A stretch of 63,661 nucleotides of DNA, counting the filler, from Octopus bimaculoides (lineage: Eukaryota): the NCBI RefSeq assembly GCF_001194135.2. It is 4 parts of 4 records of this genome, joined end to end, with 100 filler letters (N's around TTAATTAATTAA, not from the genome) between each part and the next. Parts side by side here need not be neighbours in the genome. Positions count along the whole stretch, not along the records: positions 1 to 27,976 come from NC_068998.1; positions 28,077 to 59,651 come from NC_068982.1; 2 more parts are not named here. One strand, 5' to 3'. Position numbers and translations under genes: made by a program. Shown here one piece after another: positions 26,001-37,360 of the stretch. The notes below the pieces were generated by a model, which saw only the letters and a list, made by a program, of their open reading frames with translations, did not search any database and had not been told where the DNA came from. How positions within the stretch are numbered: position 1 is the first letter of the stretch; each line of letters begins with the position of its first letter.

Positions 26001-27352
26001 GCCTGGTACATTCTTCCCCAGAAGAAGACTTGCTATTCACAACAATCTATCTCTCTCATTCTCTAGGGAATATGGATTTTATCTGGCTTATGTTTTCATT
26101 TCAATAGGTGGCTTTCTGAAATTTTTATTGCAAATTCTTACATTATTTATGTCACTGTATTTTAAGAGCCTTGATCCCTTCTCATTTCTCTTTTTATCTA
26201 AAAACATGCAACTTTATAATCCTTAACTTTGCTTTCTCCATTTGCAAAATCTTTATAAGTTAGAAAGCAATTAACTGAATTTGTAGTCACACAAATATTG
26301 TCTTCTTTGTTCAACAAATCTTTTATATTTCTCCACTGATAATAACTTCTGTCTTCCAGTGCAACAAAATAACTCTTTCTGAAAGAAGCTTTTTTTTAAA
26401 ATTATTATCCTCATGATGCCAAGAAAGCATCCAGCCATAGAAAATCTGCCTCAATGGATTCTGTCTAACCCATGCAAGCATGAAAAAGTGGACATTACAG
26501 TGGACATGATGATGGGGAGGAGATATGTATCAGTCTTCTCAATATAAACTATTAATATGATTGATTAAACTTCGTTGATTTGGGGGATTTTTAAAATTCT
26601 TTTCCTATCTTATTTTAGTGGAAAGCCTTTGAGAGAAAGTGTACTTTCATTGGTAACTTCGATCATTCTCACAATAAAAAAAGAGTACAACAGCTTGCAT
26701 CTTTTCTCATCCTTTAATTATTAGGACAGCTCAAAAAAACTATAGTATAGCTATAATTGTTTTCCTTAATTCTTATGGATAACAGTGGAAATAATTGTCT
26801 GATTTTAAAACTGCATCACTAAGAGCCACAGAGAAAAACCTCTACACAGTTGCCCACCCTGCTTGAAATAGCTGCCAAATCTACCTCAATTCATACTCCT
26901 CTGTCTTAAAAAACAAATGGGAAGGACACGTTTGATACACTATACCTGAAGTCCTGGATACACTATACCTGAAGTCAAAGTTGGAATGCTTTGGATCATA
27001 GTTTTGCTCAGTCATAGCAAGGGCTCAACAACAACTTCCTCACTACATTTGTATTCATCAACAAATGCCTTCTCAGTTCTTTGCATCATCAAACCCAATG
27101 TTTCCTCAAGATAAGTACACTTTCCCTAATCTATGAACTGTTAATCATCACTAATCCCATACATTCCCAAACAGACGACACACACTTCTTCTCTATATCT
27201 TTTAAATACAACATTTTTTGCATTAGTTCTCTCAAGGCATCCACTATTTTTTTCATCTATGGTATCACTCATACATTAGGTTGGATTAATTGTTGCTTAG
27301 CATTTTATCCATCTATAACACAATAATTTTAAGAACTTGTTTCCATTTCCAG

Positions 27353-27480
27353 CTATGTTTGCTGCAGCGTCCCCTGACTGGATTCCTCGGTTGACACTTC
27401 AATGTTTAGCTGCTTGTTTGAGTGGTGTATCTGCTTCCACTATAACCAACCCACTTGATGTAATACGTGCCCGTATTCAG
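27353..27480 (+). CDS. SLC25A44: SLC25A44 coding exon 3
   Basis: TTTCCATTTCCAG| acceptor; SMFAAASPDWIPRLTLQCLAACLSGVSASTITNPLDVIRARIQ contains the third carrier signature; CAG|GTCAGT donor, phase 0. Confidence 0.93.
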
Positions 27481-27594
27481 GTCAGTATATAGTCACCAAG
27501 GGCTGGAAAATCCTTCTTGATACTTATTTGATCTCAAGTCAAATTCAAAAATACTGTTTGAAAATAGATTAATGGATTCTAATTTTTGTATGTA

Positions 27595-27976
27595 ACCGAG
27601 ACCTTTGGAAATATGCTGTGCGTGAGAAGACCCGGCAAGCCAAGTGAGACCATTATCCGAGGCCCCTGCCAGGGATGTAGCCAGCCCACTTATGCATACC
27701 TTTCCTTACTTGGACACTAAACTCTGCTTGCGAAGACCTTTTGAGGCAAGTGAAATCAAAATTGAACCAAATTCGATGACTGGCACCCATGCCAACCTCT
27801 CCTTCATTGGACACTAAACTCGGCTTGCGAAGACCTGTTGGGGCAAATGAAATCAAAATCATGATGGCACCTGTACCAGTGGAGCGCTAAGAGCACTATC
27901 TGAGCGTGATCATTGCCAGAGCAGCTGTCTGGCTTCCGTGCCAGTGGCACGTAAATAGCACCATTTGAGAGTGACC
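27595..27976 (+). mobile_element. RTE LINE 3' UTR fragment
   Basis: GACCTTTGGAAATATGCTGTGCGTGAGAAGACCCGGCAAGCCAAGTGAG is nearly identical to 8348-8397; runs into the spacer. Confidence 0.85.
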
Positions 27977-28076
27977 NNNNNNNNNNNNNNNNNNNNNNNN
28001 NNNNNNNNNNNNNNNNNNNNTTAATTAATTAANNNNNNNNNNNNNNNNNNNNNNNNNNNNNNNNNNNNNNNNNNNN
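27977..28076. other. Artificial 100-nt scaffold spacer (44N-TTAATTAATTAA-44N)
   Basis: Exact symmetric layout; the 12-mer has stops in all six frames; identical structure at 59652 and 61748. Confidence 0.9.
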
Positions 28077-29031
28077 TATATGCACATAAATACAGACATA
28101 TATATATTAATAAATTATATATAAAATATATTTATATATCTTATATATAATTTATTACTATGCCTATACGGCTGTATCCTCGCGGCCACTAACGATAATG
28201 CTTTATGCTTTTAGGAATGATATCGCTCTTATATTTATTTATGCACATATATACATGTGTGTGTGCGTATAGATATCTGCATGCTTATGAACTAGCTTCT
28301 TTCGCCGAATTCGAGACCATCACCCTCTCCGAATTGAGTAGCTGTATCGCAGATTTTAGACCTCTTCCGCTGATTCTACATCAACTAGATTTATGGCTTT
28401 ACAGTCAGAAGGCAAATAACTCTAATTCTTTATTCTGTTCTTTTTTTTCTTTTGTCACCTTTCCACCTTTTGCATCGCAATTCATTTCGTGCTTTTTTTC
28501 TTCTTTTCATTTTTTTTTCATGATTTCTCTTGTTCTCTTGTCCAGATTTATAACTTGTATAGGCCATATGCACAGAATCTGTAGATTGTTTGGAGGCGTG
28601 TTATTAAAACCTGCTTAGAAAATATCTCCAATGTATGAAACTGTTAGTTTCTCATCGCTGTATACTGTGTACATTAAACAATATTTACCTCTCACTGGAT
28701 AGAGTCTTTTTTATTCATCTTATCTTAACCCTAAATCAAACTATATATGTGTGTTATCGATGACTAAAATGGCAGCCCCACCGAACTTCAGGGGAGTGAT
28801 TGTTGAACACCCTTAGGGACGAAAAGCAAAACCTGTCAAAGGGCGTAGGAACTCATGAATAGTCAACGGCTATCCAACGATGTGTACATATACTTAAACA
28901 CACAAACACACGTGGTTCCTTATGAGTCATTTATAAAGGATTTTTAATGGTTTTCTATGTATATGCTTGTGTTTACTCTTAACTCTTTTTCTTACTATTA
29001 TTCCGAATTGCTACCCACAGCTCTGATGACA

Positions 29032-30137
29032 ATGTTGACAAATGAACAATACTGAGTGATTTTCTTGTACGAATACAAGTTGCGTCACTCTGACACCAAA
29101 GCTCTACGAAACAACATGCGGGCTTTTGGTGACGATTCTGTTGACATTAGAACTGTTCAGAGATGGTTCCAAAGATTTCGATCGGGAAATGAAAGACTTA
29201 AAAATGAACCAAGAGGGGGACGAAAATCAGTTATTTGGCATGATGAATCGAATACTTTGGTTGAACGAAATCCGAGAACAACGGTACGAAAATCGGATCA
29301 GAGCTCCAGACATCTCCTGCAACTGCTTATCGACACTTGAAAAGATTTGGAAAAGTCACAAAGATGGATCGGTTTGTTCCCCATCAACTTAATGAGATTC
29401 AAAGAAACAGACGCGTTACAGTGTATTCCATATTGATTTCTCGGTTGGAAAGAGAACCATCTTTGTATCGACTCATTACGTGTGACGAGAAATGGATACT
29501 CTTTGATAACAACAGGAGTACAGGACAGTGGTCGGATGCAGGAGAGTCATCAAAACTCTATTCAAAACCACCATTGCACCCTAAAAAGTTGATGGTCACT
29601 GTATGGTGGTCAACAAAGGGGGTTATTCATTATTCATTTTTGCAACAAGGAAAAACTGTAACAGCAACATCCTATTGTCAGGAAATTGATCATATGCATG
29701 AAAAATTAAAAAAGAAGTAAACCAGATTAGTGAATAGAGATGGCCCAATTTTGCTTCGTGATAATGCACAGCCTCACACCTCTCAAGGTACAGTCCACGC
29801 GTTGCAAAACGGGAATTATGAAATTCCTCCTTATTCTCCTGATATCTTTCCTACTGATTATATATTTAAACACTTCGAGCTTGCTATACGCAAAAAAACA
29901 TTCTTAAATACAGAAGAGGTAATTGAAGCATTCAAACAGTTTATCAGTGTAAAAGGTGACAAATTCTTTAAAGACGGAATATATGCCTTAGACGAACGTT
30001 GGAGGAAGGTCATAAATGAACAAGGATCATATTTTGATGAAATAAATAAATATTCTAAAACAATTTTAAAACAATTTAAAAAACAATTTTAATATTTTCC
30101 TTTTTAAATGTGCCATTTCATGTGAGACAACCTAATA
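29032..30137 (+). mobile_element. Mariner (DD34D) transposon, pseudogenised transposase with 3' TIR
   Basis: MLTNEQ*VIFLYEYK...RTVQRWFQRFRSG (HTH), FVPHQL, ITCDEKW, HPKKLMVTVWW, LLRDNAQPH, PPYSPDIFPTDY, LDERWRKV...GSYFD. Two stops and a frameshift near 29300; end GCCATTTCATGTGAGACAACCTAA+TA; left TIR not recognised. Confidence 0.93.
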
Positions 30138-30969
30138 TATATGTAAATATCTGTGTATGTATGTATATATGTATGTATGTATGTATGTATGCATGCATGC
30201 ATGTATGTATGTATGTATGTATGTACACCAGTCTACTTTCGTTGTTCTCGAAACGCCGTTGTATGCAATTTGACCAAGTAAGTATTGTGATATTTTCCGT
30301 TTGTAGGCATTTTCGCAAATACAAATTTAAAATATACTCCACGTTCAATGAACACATAACCGGGTGCCTAAGTGGTTCAATTTTCAATACAGAATTTTTC
30401 AATTTAATCAAAAGTGCTCTATATTATTGAATCTTGGGAGGGTCAATTATTAAGTCAATAATAGTAATACACGCTCTGGTTGAATATCAGTTTTTTTTTA
30501 TTGCTAGTCAGTCGATTAAATATCTAACCAGCCAACTAATCAATCATCTGTTTAATATATGTCAGTTAAAGAATCAAATTGGTTGATTGTTTGCCGAAGT
30601 CGTTTGGTTGCCATTCGTGACCTCCTCACTGACATGCCCGCTCTCTTGAAGGTCTGGCTTCAGTCTGTTTGAGAATCAGTTTGATGCCTGTGTATGTAGA
30701 TGTGCGGTTGCTTACAAGAGAAGGGAAGGGTGAAAATACTCGTATGCTTGCCTCTGTGTGCGTGTGGTTTGTGTGTGTGTGTGTGGGGGGGGGAAGGGTT
30801 GTGTACGCTTGCATGCCTGCCTGTACGAGTGCTTGCGTGTTTGTGAGAGTGTGTGCGTTGGACATCCGTGACCTCTTCAATAGTTTGGCCTTTTTTTGTT
30901 TGAGGTCAGATCTGCTGAGATTTGATTGCCATTCCGTAAAGATTTATGAGTCGAATTCCTTACGAAGAA

Positions 30970-31400
30970 GCTCGATGTGTGTGTGCGCGCGCGAACATGC
31001 GAAGTCTAGTGTGCGTGTGTATGGTTGAGTCAGTTTTGTGAGTGAGCATATATGTTCGTATGTTTGTGAATGTGTGAGTGTTTAATTAAGTATGCGCATT
31101 CTGTGTGTGTGCGCGCGCATATGCGTGTGCGTGCCGTGGAGCCCGTTTTTGAATAAGTGCGTGTGTGTGTGTGTGTGTGTGTGTAAGTCTGTAAACGCGT
31201 GTGTGCTTTCTTGTATACGTATATATTCCCGCATACGTGTGTGTACCCATGCATGTGTGCGCGTGCGCCTGCGCATGTGTGTCAACGTACGTGTGTGTAC
31301 GTGTATGTGCGTTTGTGTGTTCTTGTGTATGTTTGTGCTTATGTGTGCGCGTGCGAATACGTGCACCTGCGCGCGCGCGATGGCTGCTAGTGGTTGTGTA
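30970..31400. repeat. Degenerate alternating purine-pyrimidine (GT/GC/AT) tract
   Basis: About 430 nt dominated by GTGT, GCGC and ATAT dinucleotides. Confidence 0.85.
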
Positions 31401-31584
31401 TTGGAATTCTTCATAATTAGACGTATCTATTTGCATGAATTTCCTCGTATCCTGCTGTCATTCTAATCCTACCGTGTGTGTGTGTGTGTGTGTGTGGTGA
31501 AAATTTACAAAAAACCATAGACGAAGACGGGTGTGTAAACAACAAACAGATATATTAGTTTAACGCTCGGCAAGTGAGAAAGTG

Positions 31585-31620
31585 TTTTACGTTTCGAGCC
31601 TACGCTCTTCGACAGAAAGC
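31585..31620 (-). ncRNA. Minimal hammerhead-like motif, variant core
   Basis: Minus strand reads UUU-CUGUCGA-A-GAGC-GUAG-GCUC-GAA-ACGU-A|AAA: 4-bp stem II, palindromic ACGU helix III, GUA site. A6 is U and stem I is only 3 bp. Confidence 0.45.
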
Positions 31621-31669
31621 AACACAGAAATAAACAGGGAGAGAAAATAATAATATATATATTCTTTTA

Positions 31670-32035
31670 TTCTTTTCAGTCATTTGACTGCGGCAATGCT
31701 GGAGCACCGCCTTTAGTCGAACAAATCGACCCCAGGACTTATTCTTTGTAAACCTAGTACTTATTCTATCGGTCTCTTTTGTCGAACTGCTAAGTTACGG
31801 GGACATAAACACACGAACATCGTTTATCAAGTGATGGTGGGGTAACAAACACAGAGACACATACCTATACGACGGGCTTCTTTCAGTTTCCGTATACCCA
31901 ATCCACTCACAAGCTTTTGGTTGGCCCGAGGCTATAGTAGAAAATACTTGCTGAAGGTGCCACGCAGTGGGCCTGAACCCGGAACCATGTGGTTGGTAAG
32001 CAATCTACTTACCACATAGCCACTCTTGCGCCTGT
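31670..32035 (-). mobile_element. Full-length tRNA-derived SINE (CR1-like tail family)
   Basis: Reverse complement of the 40352-40745 and 60735-60997 copies. Confidence 0.8.
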
Positions 32036-32049
32036 GTGTGTGTGTGTGT

Positions 32050-32830
32050 GTGCGTGTGTGTGTATTGCGTGGGTAGTAGCAACGGCGTTGTGGTTCTACT
32101 ACCTGCTATGTATATTCTCTATTTAGTATTGACAATGTCTCATAATGATGAGTCTCCTGAGTGTTTAGTTATGTCGATGCTAATTCGATTCAGCATGCCG
32201 CCATGCTGGTCTTCGCCATGATGGAGTACAGGCGACTGTTTTCTGTCACTGTATTCCCACCAGTGTTTATTTACTCTTTGATCTAAACTCTTGGCAATCT
32301 CCCTAATGTATGCCGTATTCCGGTTCCTATAATCACTCACCCTCCATGCATTTTATACGGGAGACTACATTTCTGGTCTTACAGTTGATTCTAAGGTTAA
32401 AAGTACATTCAATGCAGTTCCTATCAATGGTGGAATTATCTATGTGATTTGTCGAAGAGGTATGTCTTACATAACTATGATCGTATAAACCTACGAATTT
32501 AATGTGAGGTTTAGCGTCCTCCAGAACTTTCCTAAACTTGCAAGTTAACTGCCCATCCGGCGTGGCCTCTACAAACAACATCTGAAATTTGTCTGTCTCG
32601 TCCCTCGTGTCCATTCTGCTTGCTTTATCACAAATTCTTTGTTGTTTCTCCTAACGTTTTCCCTGGTATATAGGGTGGGTTCTATTGGTTATCTAACTTC
32701 TTCCTATCTCTCCTGTACACTCTGATCCTATCTCTCTGGTTGTAGCCAAAGAACTGCATGCGGTGGATTAAGTCCTGTGCATGTCTCTTGATCTCACATG
32801 AGGTGGGATACGTTGTTCATTCTCCTAACT
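32050..32830 (-). mobile_element. Penelope-like element remnant (linker plus GIY-YIG endonuclease)
   Basis: LFVEATPDGQL, CIEC...NCKTRNVVSRIKCMEG, frameshift, AYIREIAKSLDQRVNKH...SPVLHHGEDQHGG fits the PLE GIY-YIG pattern C-x4-VVY-x-I-x-C...YIGET-x4-L-x2-R-x2-EH. Confidence 0.8.
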
Positions 32831-34997
32831 GAATCCGCTATAAGTATATTTATCTTTACACTGTGTGATAAATCTGATTTCCCAACTACACCGACACCAA
32901 TGACTGCTCCTTGAACCTGCATGTATAGGTTCTTATTAAAATTGCTTATGTGCTTTTTATGCTAGCGCTTATCTCAAACGCAGCCGTCTGTGTGAAATTG
33001 GATAGAAACAGTGTGAAAGACACACAGATCGTATCACTAATTTAAAGCCCCGAACTCTCACAATATCACACTGAATCTACCCAAGGATTACCTTGAGACT
33101 GTAACTGCCTGTTGCAACGGTTAATAATTTACACTATAACAACATTTGTATATAGCTATCTTCCCCGCCTGTAATTACTTTTCCATAATGGCACCACTTA
33201 GTTTAAAAGTACCAGTGAAAAATATTTACAACTTAAACCGACATGCCATTTGAGAACACATTACAAGGGCGTTCTATCGAAAGATGTATAATCAGCGTCG
33301 ATCGCTTTCCCTCGTTTGTAAAAACAGGATACCTAAAAAAGAACAATTACTTATTTACAGGATGCTTATTGTGAAGATAAGAGTTGCGATTTAGAATAAG
33401 TAATCATAGAAATGGTAGAATAACGAAATGGTTCAGTAGAAACAGTACTATCAGCCAGAGAACTTGATTAACATATGATGTGTCGGAGGTAGAAATTGAA
33501 GAATACATGTAAACATATATTCGCATACATCAACTACAGAGTAAACACTGCACAATATACATGCGCCAGTCAATATATATCTGAATGGATATATATGTAA
33601 GAGCCTGTTCACACACACAGATATGTGTGTATATGGATAATCCGATATTATAAATGAGCTCTTGATTACTGAGAATGAATATTACATTTACAGAAAATTG
33701 AAACCACGTAAATGTTTGCATTAAAATAAATAATAATGAGATTTTTATCATGTATGGGGAAATTAAATCGACTGAAAGAACTATTATGTTCAATTATTTT
33801 TATATCCCGTGTTTCATTTTAATTGCATTACCATTAGTTGTTTAAATGAGAATCATTGAAGACATTCATTAACTTCCAAGATCAATGTAAAGACAACACA
33901 GGATATCGATTCGTCCATATTTGTCTTAATGTATCCATTAACAAGGACGCAGCAATTTAGTTTTACGAGCCTCGGCTAAACTGACTCTATGCTTTTGTTT
34001 GTCTATTTGAAGTCGTTTATTAGGGATTATAATACAACCATACTCTTTCAAGTAAATGCACTCCACTTAACCTTTATACCATTTCATATGTATATATGAA
34101 GATACCTTCCACAAGATTTTAAACAATTGTGGTTGTTGCTTTTTTAAATTTATTTATAAGCTGTATTTTGTTATTGTTTCTCAATTTCTCCTTAAAAAGA
34201 AAACCTCTCGCTCAACAGATAAAAACATGTTTCAGCTACAACCATAGTAATAATTTACGTTGTAGCTGACTAGTTCCACTCTTCAGAAAGCACATAAAAC
34301 ACTTCGCAATAGATTGGAATTGTCTCGCTTGACGATTATTAAATAGTTCATTTTTTTCACTACAATGCTTTCCTTAATCGTCTGATCCTCGCATATATCA
34401 TTACATTTCATTGCAAAATACTAGTAACTAATATGTGAGAAAACTTGAAATTTCAAAATTTCTTAGTCTGTAGAATATAAACAAAAATCGTGGAAAAAAA
34501 TCGAATGGGTAAAATTTAGTTCGGGTAAAATTCGTAAATTGATCAGAATTTCATGCGACAAGTGTTGTCCTCGGCTAACCAACACAAACGACGTCCACGA
34601 CGACTACAACGTAATTTTTCAATAAGTGTCATTGTAGTAAGACATGCTTTATCACTCTAGTCGTCTCTCTGTTCACAGTGTTTCCAAGGGTATCAGAAAG
34701 ATTTTCACTTTTAGAAAGCATTGTAAAAGTGTTTTGAAACCATGCAGATCGAATCAGAGAGTTAGACTAGGGTAGTTTTCGTCACTCTATAAATCGTACG
34801 ATTAACGAAATGATGTTAATGTTTCCAGAATAATCAGGAGAGTATTAGATAGTTGAAAAGTACGGACAGCATGGTACAGTAGGCTGGAGGAAGCAAGCCC
34901 GCTACGCATGCAGGCCTCCAGGAGTTCTGACAAAACCTGCGATAAAAAGAAAATAATAAAAATAATAATAATATTAATAACAACAACAATAATAATC

Positions 34998-35210
34998 CTT
35001 TCTACTATAGGCACAAGGCCTAAAATTTGGGGGATGGGGACAAGTCGACTACATCAACTCCAATGTGTATCTGGTACTTAATTTATCGCCTCCGAAAGGA
35101 TGAAAGGTAAAGTCGACCTCGGTAGAATTTGAACTTAGAATGTAAAGACAGACGAAATATCGCTAAGCATTTTGCCCAGCGTGCTAACGATTCTGCCAGC
35201 TCACCACCTT
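34998..35210 (-). mobile_element. tRNA-derived SINE
   Basis: GAAAGGATGAAAGGTAAAGTCGACCTCGG...GAATTTGAAC core; (TAA)n-type tail at ~34955-35000. Confidence 0.8.
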
Positions 35211-35211
35211 T

Positions 35212-35224
35212 AATAATAATAATG

Positions 35225-35302
<78 letters not shown>
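35212..35302. repeat. (TAA)n microsatellite
   Basis: Near-perfect TAA run into an N gap. Confidence 0.9.
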
Positions 35303-35766
35303 NNNNNNNNNNNNNNNNNNNNNNNNNNNNNNNNNNNNNNNNNNNNNNNNNNNNNNNNNNNNNNNNNNNNNNNNNNNNNNNNNNNNNNNNNNNNNNNNNN
35401 NNNNNNNNNNNNNNNNNNNNNNNNNNNNNNNNNNNNNNNNNNNNNNNNNNNNNNNNNNNNNNNNNNNNNNNNNNNNNNNNNNNNNNNNNNNNNNNNNNNN
35501 NNNNNNNNNNNNNNNNNNNNNNNNNNNNNNNNNNNNNNNNNNNNNNNNNNNNNNNNNNNNNNNNNNNNNNNNNNNNNNNNNNNNNNNNNNNNNNNNNNNN
35601 NNNNNNNNNNNNNNNNNNNNNNNNNNNNNNNNNNNNNNNNNNNNNNNNNNNNNNNNNNNNNNNNNNNNNNNNNNNNNNNNNNNNNNNNNNNNNNNNNNNN
35701 NNNNNNNNNNNNNNNNNNNNNNNNNNNNNNNNNNNNNNNNNNNNNNNNNNNNNNNNNNNNNNNNNN

Positions 35767-36037
35767 ATTTAAAAACAGAAACAATTCCTATCATAGTAGG
35801 TGCCTTAGGTATAATAAAAAAATATTCAGACAAATACATAACAAAAACACCAGGACTTACAAATATATATAACATACAGAAAATTGCACTACTGGGTACT
35901 GCACACATTCTACGCAAAACACTTTCAATACAGTAAACATAAGAACACCACAGCAAACCACAGCACATACCCAAGGCGCACAGAGCTGCGCTCGGTAGTG
36001 AAGTGAAAGCATGTTATAAAAATAAAACTACTGAACA
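35767..36037 (+). mobile_element. 3' end of an R4/Dong-like (restriction-like endonuclease) non-LTR retrotransposon
   Basis: 35769-35936 translates LKTETIPIIVGALGIIKKYSDKYITKTPGLTNIYNIQKIALLGTAHILRKTLSIQ*, the typical RLE C-terminus (PI-x-VGALG...IQK-x-ALLGT-x-HILR); followed by (TAA)n. Confidence 0.75.
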
Positions 36038-36066
36038 ATAATAATAATAATAATAATAATAATAAT

Positions 36067-36272
36067 CCTTTCTACTGTAGGCACAAGGCCTGAAATTTGG
36101 TGGGAGGGTGGCTAGTCGCTTAGGTTGACCCCAGTACGTAAATGATGCTTAATTTATCTACCCCGAAAGGATGAAAGGCAAAGTCGACCTCGACAGAATT
36201 AGAACTCAGAACATAACTACGGGCGAAACATTTTGCCCGCTGTGCAAACGATCCAGCCAGCTCGCCGCCTTT
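36067..36272 (-). mobile_element. tRNA-derived SINE
   Basis: Same core as 34998-35210. Confidence 0.8.
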
Positions 36273-36770
36273 TATAACAACAAAAGCAACAACAACTGCA
36301 GTAGCAGCAGCATAGAATCAGCAGCGGGTATATCTTCATATTTGTGTTTCAAAGTGTTATCATGACATTTGCATTATGTAGCAAATAATCGAGGTATTTT
36401 AAGACGAGACAAAATCAAATATTTGTTTTCAAGTTGTTTGATATTCCTGGGAAGGTGTTGCCTGGATTTTTGTGAATTAGTTATGTACTCCATTGAGCTG
36501 TTATATTACGTTTCTCTTTGCTCCCTCCCCTGTTAAACATCCCGTTTCCACTTTGTATTCCATTTCGCTTCTCCATTATTTTGCTTTCTAAAAATACAGG
36601 CACATTCCTCATACACACATCAGAACATATGAGACGTGGTGTAGGAGCCATAGAAGAGCTGTAATTTACTACAGGGTGGATGGGGTTGCATCAAACATTT
36701 CCTTGCTTCAATGATTATGCCAGAGGGATAATTACAGTGTCACGAATATTATCACGCATATATATATATA

Positions 36771-37360
36771 TGTTACGGTTTATTTCCTGGCTACTTAGAG
36801 TGTAGGATTACAATACTAGTAATAAGGAAAACAAAGAATTTGAACATTCAGACTACTAATCATCCACTACTATTTCCATCACAATTTAAATAGAACAACC
36901 AACTCGAAACTCTAGAATACCACCTGACTAGAAAGGATGTAGAATGATTCAAAAGAAAAGTGTTCTGCAAATAACCACTCGCAAACGGTAAAAGTAAAAT
37001 TTGTCAACAAAGACCGCTGCTGATGCTACCAGATTTTTACATAGTTGTGAATAGCAACTCATCGTAGAACAACATGATTTACTACTACTACTACCACTAC
37101 CAAGCCTGATTTAAACGAATAACGGGGAGAATTACTCCTTGGACAATGACATATTTATTCACTCTTATGAGATCGTACATATTATGCATAAATCCCTGCG
37201 TATAAATATGCAGCAATTTGCAATTGATACGATCGAAACACGTGTCGGACAATTATTATGAATAAACAAAGAGGAAAGTCTGAATGTTCAAATTCTTCGT
37301 TTTCCTTATTATCAGTATTGTGGTTTTGCACTCTAAGTAGCCAGGAAATAAATCTTAAAA
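36771..37360 (+). mobile_element. Penelope-like fragment with ~84-bp inverted termini
   Basis: 36771-36854 is the reverse complement of 37277-37360 with scattered mismatches; internal KPDLNE* (37102-37122) resembles the P-x-LN end of PLE endonucleases; internal hammerhead-like motif. Confidence 0.6.
37157..37253 (+). ncRNA. Degenerate hammerhead-like motif with extended stem II
   Basis: CUUAUGA (37164-70, G5>U), stem II GAUCGUA/UACGAUC (37171-77/37228-34), GAA, palindrome ACACGUGU (37238-45), GUC cleavage triplet ending 37246; stem I pairs 5 of 7. Confidence 0.55.

Noticed and set aside
31030-31466. Multiple overlapping H/T- and C/V-rich ORFs
   Set aside because: Products of the alternating dinucleotide tract.
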